DNA of 64,000 nt from Paramecium tetraurelia (lineage: Eukaryota). A program made the translations under genes and the position numbers. The stretch is taken from the NCBI GenBank assembly GCA_000165425.1, contig CT868052.1, forward strand, positions 62,001 through 126,000. The letters run 5' to 3'. Numbering within the stretch: the first letter of the stretch is position 1; each line of letters opens with the position of its first letter. Below are positions 50,818 through 64,000 of this stretch, in pieces. Under the pieces are notes generated by a model, which ran no database searches, was not told the DNA's origin, and worked only from the letters and a program-made list of their open reading frames with translations.

Positions 50818-51852
50818 ATGTCTTTGAGCATAACGAAACACCCCGAATCTTTTACAATAAATTCAGAACCTAACCCTAGGGAATGCTCAAACATGTATAA
50901 CTTAATCACTAGTTTTGAATACTCATAATAGTGTAGAGCTTTTGGTTTCAATGCATCCGATAACATTTGGGTGTTGGGTTATGGATTTGAAATTTTGGTT
51001 TGCTAAAAAGAGAATGAGACCTTGCGAGTCGATTAGATTCTATAAGGACACACGTCTTGTGTTACTAATATTCTTTATAGTAACAAAGAAGATATGTTTT
51101 TTTCGACCGGGAGTTGGAATGATAATGTCATAGTTTGGACCAGAGACTTGGATGGAATTTGGAATAAGCAATATCTCATCTACAAGGAAGGGCAGACTAG
51201 AGAATTTGAAGTCGTTTAGTTGATCCTCAACGAAAATGAGGATGAACTAATAGGGGTAATGGATTACAATTTTATAATTGTATGGAAGAAAACACCTGAA
51301 AAAAAATGGATAAATAGCTAGATTATTCCCATAAGTCAAAATGAACTTGCTCAAATCCATTAGGTGAGCTATGATATACAGTTTTATAAAATAATAATCA
51401 TAACATAAAACGGTTAGGTTTAAATTCTTGCAAAGAATTAATTGGATTTATGGAAGAAGAGGCAGTCAATCAATCTCAAAGCGATAAAAGGCAAGAAATA
51501 ATACAATATTGACAATGATTCATTGGTCATCTAGGGGTTGAAAGGAGAATAATTATTATTTAATTTTAATAGAGAAAATGAATTGTATGAAGAGAGCTAG
51601 AGAGAAGTATCCTAGACTCTCAATTAGATATTTGAGATGAATACTTAAATGTCATAAAGTCAGGAAATATGTGCATTGAGGAAAAACAAACTTCTGTAGA
51701 TATTAAAAAAGGATACAAAAAATTTATATTAATAAATTTAGACTATCCAATTTGAACAAAACTTCTTCTATTAGTTTTCAAAGAATGGGTAGTATTTAAT
51801 AACATGGGATTATTCAAAATAGATTTAAATATGGAAATATAAAAGTGATTGA
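50818..51852 (+). CDS. WD40-repeat protein (divergent ciliate family)
   Basis: QILQGHTSCVTNILYS..FFSTGSWNDNVIVW; FSKNGQYLITWD..IQIWKY. Intronless frame to TGA 51850-51852. Confidence 0.8.
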
Positions 51853-52143
51853 ACTTAATTTTATCTAAATAAATTATTTTATATTATATTTTATATTACT
51901 TATTAAATTATTAGTTAATATCGAATTACAAATTAAAAGACAGAAATAATATTGAGATGAGAAAAGCAATTGTGAGATAGAATTGATTGACAATTTTAAG
52001 TCCAGTATTAGGAAATTGTAAATCTACAATCTGATTGGAAGGAGTGAGTATTAAAGAGATACGTAATTTGTGATTAATTAAAAAGGGAATAAAATATATC
52101 TAATATAATTTTTATTAGGATTTAATTTTATTAATTAAAAATA

Positions 52144-52789
52144 ATGGGTGATATTATCCCTAATTAACTATTTGTTGCTGGGTACAGCCGTAGCAAGGTA
52201 TAGGATGAGAAGGACGTGAGAGATATCTTCAAAAAGTACGGAGCTATCAAAGAAGTTGCGTACAAGGGATCTTATTCATTTGTTGTATGAACTAATTTCG
52301 AAATTAAGACCTTCAGTAATGAGTAGGAAGCACAAGAGGCTTTGAAGAGTACCAACGGGTAAACTTACAATGGCCAAAAATTGAAAGTGGATGTGGTTGA
52401 CAATCGTAAAGGAAGGAAGACAGGTCCAAATGAGGAAGATAAATGTTTCAAATGCAATAAAGGTGGTCATTGGTAAATGTTTAATTAAATTTCTAGGGCT
52501 CGTAATTGTCCCAATATCAAATCACCTAGACGTAGTAGGAGAAGATCCGATTCGAGATCAAAGTATAAAGATATTTAAATTTAGGCGCCGTCACAGAAGA
52601 TCTGAATCAAGATCATATTCTTCTTATTCATCATCCAGATCTAGAAGAAGAAGATATCAAAACAAAAGAAAGAGACACAGCAGAAGCCCTAGAAGAGATC
52701 AAAGGATCAGAAAAAGAAGTGTTAGTCCAAAGAGATCACCTTCTGATTCAGCCTCATCCAAAAGACCGAATTCAAACTCAAAATCTTGA
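52144..52789 (+). CDS. SR splicing factor with RRM, CCHC zinc knuckle and RS domain (SRSF7/9G8-like)
   Basis: LFVAGY..KGSYSFVTF..EAQEAL..NG; CFKCNKGGHWARNCP; RS-rich tail. 3 introns. Confidence 0.92.
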
Positions 52790-52883
52790 TAAAGAATGGG
52801 AAAAAAAACTCATTTTATTACAAAAGAAATATAAACAATTAATTGAATATAATTTATTCAATTCTTCTCATAACATTATCATT

Positions 52884-54482
52884 ATGAAAAAAAGAACACT
52901 TCAGGATCTGTCTGAAGAACAAGCCCAGATTAATTAATCTTACATCGAAATCAATTCGGTTTAGAAGGAACTCTATTTAGAAAACCAAAAAAGGCTGAAA
53001 GAAAAGCAAAAAGAGAGCAACCCCATTGTAGTCATCGAAGACGATGAAATCAAATAGCCGGTTGAAGAAGGTGAACTTTAATTATCTTTTCCTATTGGAA
53101 CATTTTGTTTGAATTGTCTGACACAGTATCCTACAGATGATAGACAGCCACATCACTTACCATTTATTAACATCCTTTACGAAAATGCACATATAGATGT
53201 CAAAACTTAAAAGCCAAAAAAAACATTGGAAAGTGCTCTAATGACTTGCTTTAAATTTGAAGATGAATTATTAGAACCTTTAGTAAAATCAGGTGTTCAA
53301 CTCTACATTGTGAATGACAATGACAATTTAAACAAGAAGCTTGAAATTATTGAAAGATATAACAATTATCCAAATTGGACGGTAATTAAGCCATCAAAAT
53401 TGAGTACCAATATGTTTGGAGGTGCATTCCACCCTAAAATATGGATTCTAAAATTTCCTAAATTTATTCGGATTGTCATCGGAAGTTAAAATTTACATGT
53501 TGGAGATTGGACAATATGGTCTTAAGGAATGTGGATTTAAGACTTCAAAATAGGGAAAAGTGAGTTAGACCAAACCTCTTAAGAGTTCAAAAGCATGCTC
53601 AGAGAATTCTTATACGAAATATTGCCTACCTCTCATAAATTTGAAGATCTCCTCAAAATTAAATATGATGATTATGATTTCAAAGATGTTAATATCAGAC
53701 TCATCACATCCATCCCAGGCAGATTCGTAGGCAATTAATTATTTAAATATGGTATGATGAGACTGCAGTCAGTCATATATTAAGAACTTTGCAATAACAA
53801 AATGGAAATCCCTAAATAAGTTTGTGTCACTTATTAAACCACTAGTATAGGATAGATGGATAATAATTACGTTGATTTTGTATTGTAGTGTTGCACAGGA
53901 AGGGTTTATAAATAACAATTACCAAACGAGTAGAGTACCAAAAAAATAAACTAGATGATTCTAAATCAATAAGAGGAAGAATAATCAAAATTGAAATTAA
54001 TATATCCGACAGCAGATTATATTGAAAATTAGACTCATGGAGGAGTTGACTTTGCTAATCCATTGCACTTAAAATAGTAATCATATGAAAGTCCTAAATT
54101 TCCTAAGCATCTATTTTATAAATACTAAGGGTCAGATCACTACTATTGGCATACTGGTAACATTCCTCATTTAAAGGTTATGATAATTACAGGTTTAGAT
54201 GAAGATATAAATGATTAGACATCTATATATATTGGAAGTCATAATTTTAGTTAAGGTGCTTGGGGAAAAATGGAAAAAAATGCAACGCAATTGTTCATCT
54301 CTAATACAGAATTAGGTGTCTTATATCCTCCAAAAAAAAATTCAGCTCAAATTAAATAATAAATTATAGAATAACTTTCATTCAAATTTCCTCCATTAAA
54401 GTATGATAAGGATGATCAACCTTGGATTGTTGAGGCATATTATGAAAGATTGTCAAAAGAATACTAGTAATAAAATAAATGA
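52884..54482 (+). CDS. TDP1: Tyrosyl-DNA phosphodiesterase 1 (PLD superfamily)
   Basis: Two HxK motifs (GAFHPKIW..IGSQNL; IPHLKVM..IGSHNFSQGAWG), plus LITSIPG, LIYPT and NTELGVLY. Confidence 0.92.
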
Positions 54483-54542
54483 TATTTTCTTTTTTGTTAA
54501 TATTAATATTAAAGATATTCCTTATTAATTTAATAATTAATT

Positions 54543-54716
54543 ATGGACTCAGAAGTACCAAAAAAAGGGTGTAAATGCAAAAATGGAGCCTGTTGCAAGT
54601 GTGCCCCAGTAAGAAGAATCATGAATTAATGCATTTAAAATAATGGAGAAGAGAAATGCCAAACTTTTAGAGACTCATGGAAGGAGTGTATTGCATATTA
54701 CAAAAGTTTAGGTTGA
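54543..54716 (+). CDS. COX17: Cytochrome c oxidase copper chaperone COX17
   Basis: 57 aa: ACCKC-x9-C...GEEKC-x9-C (CCxC plus twin CX9C). Confidence 0.88.
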
Positions 54717-55109
54717 TTATAAAATCATAATTTTCACTAAAAAATAATTTACAAATATGAGATCTTGAAAGATGTCTATATATCATAAATTTTTATAATC
54801 TTCTGAATGCCTTAAAATATCAGAAAATAGAAATTGTGTTATAATATTCCTTTTTTATTTGATTTAATCTTAGCTCTTTTCAATAACATAAATCAAGTAG
54901 TTCAATTTTTACAAGTGATGCCAATTGAGATTTTTGCTGGGATAATTCTTTTATTCTTATTATTTGCTTAAGGTATATTCAACTTTCAAATTAATGAAAT
55001 AATATTATTTAATATTAACTAAATAAATTAGAACATATATCTATTACTTTATATCTGATACGACAGTTATAGATTTGGAATTTTATATAATTTATATGTT
55101 AATATAATA

Positions 55110-56372
55110 TCAAAATGTCAAAAATAAAGTAAGAGGATAATTTTTCCAATTCAGTATTCTACAAAAAATAAAAACTAAGAACTATAAAAAATAAATGCAT
55201 CCAATCATTAGCAAAAATTCTAAATTTATCAGTTTACTCTGTTCTTACATTGTTGAATAAAGGTAAAATGGAGCTGAGATGTTATATGCAGAGAATAATA
55301 ATCTAGTTATTAATGAATGGCATTTTAAGACTTTTTCCAAAAAAATGATTATCAGTGCTTAAAATACATTATAATAAAATCCTCCAATACAAGCCTACAA
55401 TAAATATATCTCCAAAATATTGTTTAAATTTATTTCTTCATATAATGATAAATTGGAATTGATTTTGTGTATAATTGATTGTACAAAAAATATACACGAA
55501 AATAAGAGGAAATGATTTTATAGTTGAATATATTATGAGTATTCTGTGTCTTTGTATTATTAAATTTTTAATCTTTATTCCTCTTATTACTTTTTTTCCA
55601 TTATCTTTTCTTAGTTCTCATCTTCCTTTAGTTCTGAAGGTAGGCTCATGTTCCTTTTTCTTTCTATAGTAATAATATCATCAGATTATTCAACAGAATT
55701 GTCTGCTTTACATTACTAAAATACAATTTTGCTATTGTTATTACTTAACATTAAACTAATTTTGATCCTGCAAAACTAGGGTTCTCTTTTTTTAGCTAAT
55801 TTATGATTGATTTATTTTGATCGGATGATGGTTTTACAGCTGGTTATATAAGATTCTGACTGCAACTACTAGACTTGCTAGTGATTTGCTATTTTTAAGT
55901 TTAAAGGATAGGCACTAAACTTGATCTATGAGTTTATCTATTTGTATCTGACATAAGTTTGTCGTTTTCTAATGATTACTTTTATCAATACCCAAGATTT
56001 TGTTACTAGGAGACAGTAATAAGCCTGAAGATTAAGGATAATTATCGACTTAATTTTTTTTAGAATTATTTTGATCTATTTCATTAGGTTTTGAAGACCT
56101 TAAAGCACTAACATTTTTTTTTACTATTATAGGGTGTAAACTTACTTGAGGATGTTTAGTTTTAGATAGTCAACTTTGTTTAAAATACTTCCTCGCTTTG
56201 TTTTTTCGTATTTTGCTTAAATAGAATAAGTATATACTTTTAAAATAATTTTTTGAGATTTCTGTGAAATCTTCTAATTGTATTTTGATCTGATTAAATA
56301 TGATAGAGAAACCAAGAAATTTAAGGATATTTAGCCAATAGCAATATCTAGCCCTGTTATATCAAAAATCAT
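55110..56372 (-). CDS. Hypothetical membrane protein (N-terminal and several C-terminal hydrophobic helices)
   Basis: MIFDITGLDIAIGQISLNFLVSLSYLI start; C-terminal HFLLFSCIFF, LQACIGGF and LEFLLMIGCIYFLQFLVFIF segments. Internal exon structure uncertain. Confidence 0.5.
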
Positions 56373-56434
56373 TTTGAAAATAAAATTTAATTTTAATAAG
56401 CATAATTATATAATTAATAATTGCATATAATTTC

Positions 56435-58194
56435 TCAATACTTTTTGTAAATTTATAGAATTCTTTTTTCAAGTTCTCCATCATCCTTCATTAAATAATC
56501 GAACCTTTCTTTCTCTTATCTCCAAATGTCTTTGAGCTCTTGAATTTATTTTATTTTTTCATCCTTCAATTCTTTTTCCAATTTTGAGAGGATCTTAAAA
56601 TCATTAATGAATTTACTGATTTTTATGCAACTCCTGCAACATGTCTTTCCTTTCTTTCATTTTATAGTTTGTCTTTCAACATGGAAATCTTATCGTTGTA
56701 TGCATTTTCAACGGATGCAAGTGCATTCCTAGTAATTATATTTTATTATCTTCTCATTTGAAGATGATCCTTTTTCTCATCAATAATCTTCCTTTTCTCT
56801 AATTCAAAGATTATTCGATGACTATGAGAATTTAATTAAATATTTACATTTTCCTTAAATAATTTAGTTTTTCATCTCTCAATTTATAGTACATTGACAA
56901 ATGCTCGTTTTCAAACTCTTTTTTTAAATCATCCTTCTTCTTTTGATTCATTTTATTTTATTGCTTTTAAGATTGTATTGATTTATTTTATTAGGATTCT
57001 TGCTTCTTTTATTTTTATTGATAAGTCTTAAGATAGTCTTTTAGAAATTCTTTATATTAATTCCTCTTTTTGATGATTTATTCCATCGTCTCTTTTTCAT
57101 CACTTGGAGGTTAAATTTTCATTTTACCTAAAGATATTTTAATGACTTTAATTTGTTCATCTATAAAATCGTCAATCTCTGATCTATCCTCTAGGTCTTC
57201 CCCACCTTTCATCTTTTCTTAAAGTAATTTTCTTATGTTATCCTTTTATAGTTCTCTAATGTATTTAACCTTAGTTGGATCATCATCTTCTAATTAATTA
57301 ATTTCCTCTTCGTCATGTTAGTCCAAAAAATCATAATCTATTTCACTAATACCTGAAAAATCGAAATCAAATTAATCTTCTTATTTTTCTTTTTCTCTAG
57401 GTTATTTCTTTTTTTTTTATTTATTTTTCTACTTTGTAACTATATTTGGATCTTGTGTTATAATTCGTTATTGTTGTTAGGTTACAGGTAATAAATTATT
57501 GCCAATAGCTATTAACTGATTTTCCTTTGAATTTAGTACTTTTTTGCCCTCCTCCTTTCTATCTGAAGCTTCCTTTTGATTGTTCTAAGGCTGCTTTTTA
57601 GAAGTGCCTGTTTTATCTTAGGGTGCATTTATTTTCTGACCCTGCCCGTATTTGTCTCTTGGTAACTATTTGGTATCTACCTTTGCACTACCTTCTTAAG
57701 ATAATTAATCATAATCAGCACCCTTAGAAGAATCGTTCCCTGATATCTATTCAGGAGGAGTTGAAATTTATTAGCTTGAAGAAGTAGATCTAACTTAGTC
57801 TTTATAAAGTTTCGATAATTCAAGTAAAATTTATAGAAAGTTGTAAAGATGCCTCAAATCTCCTTAAGCAATAGAATGACCACTTATATGCGATAAATCC
57901 ATCGTTAAAACTGGGTAAGACTATTTATATATTTAAATGTTTTACTAAAAATTCAATAAGACCTTATAATTTTTCGCCTGTTGGATTTCTTTCCTTTTGA
58001 ATATTATCAATCTCCTTCTCTAAAAATGGAAACATGATTCTAAATATAGTACAATAATTTCTTTCATTTTTTAGTTATTCTCTATTATAGAATCAAATTA
58101 TTAAATACATCGTGACATCGTGTTATGGATCCAAATCTAAATTGGAAACTATCTATAAATATAAATCTATAATGTCTTAGACCTCGGAATTCAT
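56435..58194 (-). CDS. CEP95-like centrosomal protein (N-terminal CH-like DUF5745 domain plus coiled coil)
   Basis: VLTMDLSHISGHSIAQGDLRHLYNFLQILLEL; C-terminal VENAYNDKISMLKDKLQNERKER. Confidence 0.7.
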
Positions 58195-58286
58195 TTTTCA
58201 AATAATGTAATGAATATCAGTTAGATTTATTAATTTATTAAGTGGGAAAAACTAAAAAACTCTATAATCTAAAATCAAAATCAGTA

Positions 58287-59418
58287 TCAAAACTGCTTCT
58301 CTCTACCTCCACAACCAAAAAGTGATATAAATTTTTACAGCATACTCGAATCATTCTTATGCAATTATTATTAGATTTCGATTTGCTGCTATTTTTAAAC
58401 ACTTGGCTGAGTAGACCTATCATAAATTTCTTTCTCTATTGTATTTATGCTTAATGTCCATTTGTGATTTAGCACGCCTTGTAATGAAATTCTCTAATCC
58501 GGATCTGGAACTAGCATCTGATTTAATAAGTCTTGAATAAATGGATTTGATATTAATGTAAACTAAGGTTTCTTAAAATCAAGAATTTACTGCATCTTCT
58601 CAATCTAATTGCCTAAATTTGTTTATTATTAAACCTTATACTAATGGTTTGCCTTCAAGCAACCAGTATAATATAGCAGCTAAAGACCATACATCAATTT
58701 TTTGAGTTTAAGGTAAATTTTTAATAACCTCAGGGGCCATGAATTCAAAAGTTCCAGAAAAACTACTTATTACACTTTCATATGTGGCCAATCCAAAATC
58801 ACAAATTTTAGGATTCCAAAAACTGTCCAATACAATATTGTCAGGTTTTAAATCTCTGTGAATTATACCTTTTTCATGAAGATACAAAGTAGCCTCGCAT
58901 AATTGTATGAATATGTTTTAAATATCACAATTTTCCCTATTCTACGTTAATGTTCCCTAAGCTAAGAATTAACAATGCCTTACTTGCATATTCCATAATT
59001 ATATAGACGTATTCATCATCCTCAATAAAGTAATGAAACTAAATTATGTTCTTATGATTTAAATGCTTATGAATTCTGACTTCCTTTGAACATTAATGTT
59101 TATTCATCTTCTTTAGAGCGTATAATTGACCTTATATTAATATTTTATGCACTGTTCCAAAACTCCCTTAACCTATTTATTCTAATAATTGCATTTCTTT
59201 GAAAATATTTTGTCTGTCAACAAGAACTGTTTGTTGTATCCCTCTGCATTTGGATTGGTGCTTGCTTAAAGGCTTAATTACTTCAATTACCTATCTGACA
59301 ATCGGCAATCATCGCAACAATAAAAGGCGTTCGGACACCATAGACATTATATTGTAACTCCTTTGATTAAAGAATCCAAACTGATAGATGAATTGCATAA
59401 ATCGAAAGAACAAATCAT
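58287..59418 (-). CDS. Ser/Thr kinase (Aurora/CAMK-like) with N-terminal MYND-like zinc finger
   Basis: CSFDLC..CLWCPNAFYCCDDC..KHQSKC; GQGSFGTV, HRDLKPDN, CDFG, GTFEFMAPE, DVWSL. C-terminus FGCGGR. Confidence 0.88.
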
Positions 59419-59835
59419 AAAATTATTATTAAATACTTTTTCTTAGAATTATTAGTTTAATAAAAGTTAATTTTAATGTACACATTACTTTTCAGTTATT
59501 TCAACGTAAATAACTTACTAGATTATTGCAAATTTGAGTTCTAGATTTCAACAGTTTTAATTACTCTGTATATGAATTATAATTTCTTTTATGAAGAAAA
59601 TTCGTTTTATAACTCAAATACTATAAAAATCTGATACATTGCATTTAAAAGTTACCCAAAATACTCTATTTACCTGTTAGTTTATTACCAGTTAAAAGGC
59701 TTTGTTAAAATCTTACTGCAAATTAACTCCATTTTCTAATATTTATTAAGAAAATGCGATGCTATTAAAACCAGGATATTAAAATAAATTAATATTGGAC
59801 ATTCATGATTAAATTTATACATTTGATCATTAAAA

Positions 59836-60941
59836 TCATAACTTTGGTTTTTCATTATTGTGCTAGCCAACTTTTGGTATATCTTTAATTTAATATTAAT
59901 AATCTGAGAATATGGGTTATCCATTAACCTCAATTTTCCCATTCCTTTTAATAAAAACATTTTCTCCTAAATAATTCTTAGTTTCATATTCCTCCAATTC
60001 TACCACAGGCGATACACAAGCATCATATTAATCAAAAATATTCTCCCACTCATCCCTCGTTTTACTTTCAAATAATTTCGATATTTCTGATTTCAAATTC
60101 TCCCATTCAGTTTAATTCAATTGATTTTCCAATACAAATTAACCTCTTAATTATTCTATGAATTGTACCTTTATTAACTGAGTCCACCTGCAATTAAGCC
60201 TCTCACAAATTCTTAATAAAACTTTTCCTCCAAACATCCCACACTCATAAATTTTCCATCCTTACATTAATAAATGTTATAGAAATGAGTTCCTCCATCA
60301 AGTAAATTATTCCCAATTCCATTAGACCATAATTTTTCATTTTTTTAATGTAAAATAAATTGACTTAAATAAGCAGATCCTTAAGCCATGCCCAAATCAA
60401 TTTATTAACCATCCCCACCCTTTTAAACATTAATTAAAGCTGCTAAAATACTGGCTACTCCTAACATCCCTCCTGCTGCGAAATCCCCTACAACATTTCC
60501 AGGAATAGCTGGTCTTTTTTAAGTTCCTGTACTAGAACAATATCCAAGAACTCCCCCGTAAGAAATAAAATTGATATCATGACCAGCCTTTTCTTTTAAA
60601 GGACTGTTCTAACCAAAACCTGTAACTCTGCAATAAATTAATTTAGGATTGATCTTTGAACAAACCTAATAAGATAACCCTAGTCTTTCCAACACTCCTG
60701 GACGATAAGGATCAATAAGAACATTGCTATCTTTAATCATATGTTTAACAATATCAATGTCTTGTTTGCATTTGAGATCGAATGTCATACTCTTTTTACC
60801 TCGATTCATGGGACTGTTTTAAGGTTAAGAATCTAATCTTGATAACAAGGTAACTTGAGCTCCATAATCGGCTAGCACCATGCCTATGAATACAGTTGGA
60901 GCTAATCCAGCAAACTCTAAGACCTTAATTTAGGAAAGCAT
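59836..60941 (-). CDS. AMACR: Alpha-methylacyl-CoA racemase-like (CoA-transferase family III)
   Basis: [53 protein letters not shown]. Ends PKL-TGA. Confidence 0.88.
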
Positions 60942-60969
60942 TTTATGTTTTTTAAATTTAATTAATAAA

Positions 60970-63718
60970 ATGTGGAATAATACTTCTTTTGGAATACTAC
61001 TTTTGGAGTTGTTTGCTCTATCTTTATTCTTGATGGGTTATTTTTAAGTCAAGACAACTTTTGAAGATATTAATGAAGTAGAATCATCGAATGACAAACC
61101 AATGAAAATAATACTACTTTTGGTGGATGCTTTGAGAATTGATTTGTTTGCAAATAAAAACTTCACCTTCTATTAGAATATGAAAGAAAACCAAGAGGAG
61201 TATTAAATTCTGTATTATGGAATCTCATCTACGCCAACTGCAACTTAATTAAATTTGCAATCGATCACTACAGGCAATTTTCCAGCATTCATTGATTTCG
61301 GTTCAAATATGGCTGCATAAGAGTTAAAAGAAGATAATGTAATCTATTCGATGAAGAGAAATAACAAAAAATTGGCATTATTAGGAGATGACACTTGGTT
61401 TCACATGTTTCCAAAATCATTCGATTATAAATTTGTTTCGGAATCATTTGATGTAAGAGATTTAGATTCTGATGATAATATTATCATTAACAATATTGAG
61501 GATTTGATTAAAGAGAATAAATACGATTTTATTGTTGGTCATCTTCTTGGAATTGATCACTCTGGACATAGTTATAACGATAGTAATTAAGCACTATGGA
61601 ATAAATAGCAATAATATTCAGATCTGTTATATAAAATATACAACTAAATGGATAATTAAACAATTTTGTTTGTAGTAGGTGATCACGGAATGTCTTAGGA
61701 TGGTAATCATGGAGGTGATAGTCCTTATGAAGTCAGCTCTACAATCTATGCTATCAATAAATAGTACAAATTCAATAAGAAACTTTTCGATTAAGCCATC
61801 AATAGTCAACAGTATATCAATTAGTAACTAATAGATCGAAATTTATATATTAGATAAATATATAGCATTAATTTGGCTCCCACTATTTCATATCTAATGG
61901 GATCCTCTCTCCCTTATAGTAATATGGGAGCCATTTTAACTGAGATGGTCAATACAAAGGAATAGTAAGAAAACAGTTGTAAAGAGAACTTAATTTAAAT
62001 CATCAATTACTTAAGTAAATTGGCGAAGGTTTAGGGCTCAATAAACATAAATTTATAATAATATGAATAAAACTTATAAAGTAAATAATTCAAATGCCAA
62101 TAAATTTAAGAGATAATAAAAGAATTGCAGTTTGAACTGAAAGAAAATGTCAAAACCTATGATTACACATTATTATTCCTAGGTTTGAGTATGATGGTCA
62201 TCTTGTTTGCTTTTCATATCTTAAAATAATCTGAATACTTGTTTAATAAACAGTTCTCAAATTAACAACAATATATTTTCTATAGGCTAGAATTTTTCGT
62301 TCTGATAATTCCTGCTGCTATATTGATTGATCTCATATTTTCACATTCTAGTTCAATCAAGTTTATTTCATTCTATTTGATATTGGCAATATTAAAATAA
62401 ATACTTTAACCATTGACATAGATGTAAAATATAAGAGTTATTTTAACCAAAGTTATAAGCCCATTACCTCATTATAGATAATACTTTATGATATTTGCAA
62501 ATATAATAACTCAAATTGGAATACAAGTGTTATCTGTCAATAGATAAATAGTGTCTTCATCTAATATCTTTGGTACTTTATTAAACATTTTTATAATCCT
62601 CTTCATCACTCAATTTAAATTGATTAAACAAATTCATTATGTTTTATTAGCTTTAGGATTGCTAATTTTGGCTGAATAGTATAATCTTCCCTAAGAATCA
62701 AAAAAACCTTTTTCACCCTTAACAATTGTTTCGATAAATTTCATATTTGAATCATTTTGGATTAAATTTGTTTTGCCTATTATATTCCTCTAAAAAATAC
62801 TCTACAAATTAAATTTTAAGTAAGATTATATAAATATTTTAGGATATATTTTTATATTTTCTTGGGTTTGGCTTAGTTCATTCATTTTTATAACAATTGC
62901 CCAATATTTAATAACATATTAAACCAAATATTTGAGGGTCACCTAAGAATAATAACTATCTATCTTCCTATGTTATTATACATAAGCTCTTTAGCCATGA
63001 TTTTCATTTTTCGCGATTTTAGTTACTGTAATTATTTAAAATAAAATAGTTTTCTTAATCATATTAACAGTTTCAGGAAAGTAAGGAATGATGATATACT
63101 GCTGTTTATTTTATTCAGTTCATTATTTGACGAAGTTCTACATGTGCATTGATAGAGCCTGGTTGCCTCCAGTAGCTGGAGCAACGATATAATTGATGTT
63201 GAATTATAGTTGGTTTTGTCTGGGACATAGGATGTCATTCAGTAACGTGAAATTTTAAGATGCTCTTATTGGCTCAGAAAGTTTTAACGTAGTATTTAAT
63301 ACCACCTTATTAATAATAAGCATAGTAATTATCAATACAATAATTCTAGTTTGGAGTATTTGCAACAATAAACATAATAAAAAATATTACATTGTAAATT
63401 CTAGTAGATGAGTAAAGTCTGCAATAAAAATTTCCAATACAATAATTTAATAATAGAATAATCGATTTTTTGATAATCGTTCAGTTTTCTTAAGTTACTT
63501 TTGCTGCTCTTCATAATATGTTAAATTTATATCATTAAAATATAATTGAATTATTTGCCTAAAGAATTATTTATGAATCCATAATTTTTACTATTGTTAT
63601 TTTAGTTAGATTGTTCAACACAATATTTGAGAAGACCATTTGTTAAAAACAATATGAATTTTATTTTTAACCTTATTAAAAACTATCAAATGAAATCAAA
63701 GATAAAAACAAAGAATGA
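60970..63718 (+). CDS. PIGO: GPI ethanolamine-phosphate transferase, PIG-O/GPI13-like
   Basis: VDALRID, PTATQ..ITTGNFPAFIDFGSN, GDDTW, HLLGIDHSGH, GDHGM..GNHGG. Multi-TM C-terminal half. Confidence 0.88.
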
Positions 63719-64000
63719 ATCTGATTGAAACTTTTTGTGAATAAACAAATATTTTATTAATATCAATTGATTTCTAAAAATATATTTCTTAAATAATATT
63801 ATGTAATCGGATATCATTCGAATAAGCCTACTTCTATTTTAAATCTTCTATGAAATGGAATGAAAATGTGGATAATAGCAACATCTTCAACATATTGTTT
63901 GATATTTTTCATATATTAAAATTTATTGTAAAGGCCCATTCTCAGCCTATTGAGGCTAACAAGAATAGAAATTATGTTTTTGATCAGCAATTGATATTTT

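Noticed and set aside
55115..55350. Plus-strand ORF MSKIKQEDNF...
   Set aside because: Overlaps, antisense, the better-supported hydrophobic C-terminus of the 55110-56372 gene.
1..64000. tRNA, rRNA, snRNA, selenoprotein TGA read-through, or operon-like prokaryotic systems
   Set aside because: No recognisable sequences seen. In-frame TGAs are explained by gene ends or introns, apart from the 33333 case.

Overview
AT-rich, gene-dense eukaryotic DNA from a ciliate. It is almost certainly Paramecium macronuclear DNA: TAA/TAG read as Gln, TGA is the only stop, introns are tiny (about 20-30 nt, GT..AG), intergenic gaps are often 20-60 nt, and a trichocyst matrix protein gene is present. The supplied ORF track uses the wrong genetic code and is mostly misleading. 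Manual translation with code 6 gives about 30 protein genes. Recognisable ones are a MORN protein, a C2H2/AT-hook protein, TMP, GCP4, Siva-like, SAXO, RING/B-box, RPS16, CFAP53, PRP31, a NEK kinase, FZR1/CDC20, an LC8-type dynein light chain, a rhomboid, an SR protein, TDP1, COX17, CEP95-like, a MYND-kinase, AMACR-like and PIG-O-like. The most unusual observations are: (1) an L-type-lectin-like domain apparently inserted inside GCP4; (2) a ~2,800-aa secreted protein with about 10 LamG/ConA-like repeats and an unexplained frameshift; (3) a 24-nt stop-less GAG-acceptor intron inside a zinc finger that could switch C2H2 to C2HC; (4) one LRR-cap module with an identical intron position shared by two unrelated proteins; (5) a VLIG-like Cys/His tail plus vWA domain without a GTPase; (6) a pseudo-rhomboid; (7) a recurrent upstream GGGG(A)TTGAT motif. 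No prokaryotic systems, CRISPR arrays, tRNA/rRNA genes or transposons were seen. All homology calls come from recalled motifs, not database searches, and exon boundaries were placed by hand.
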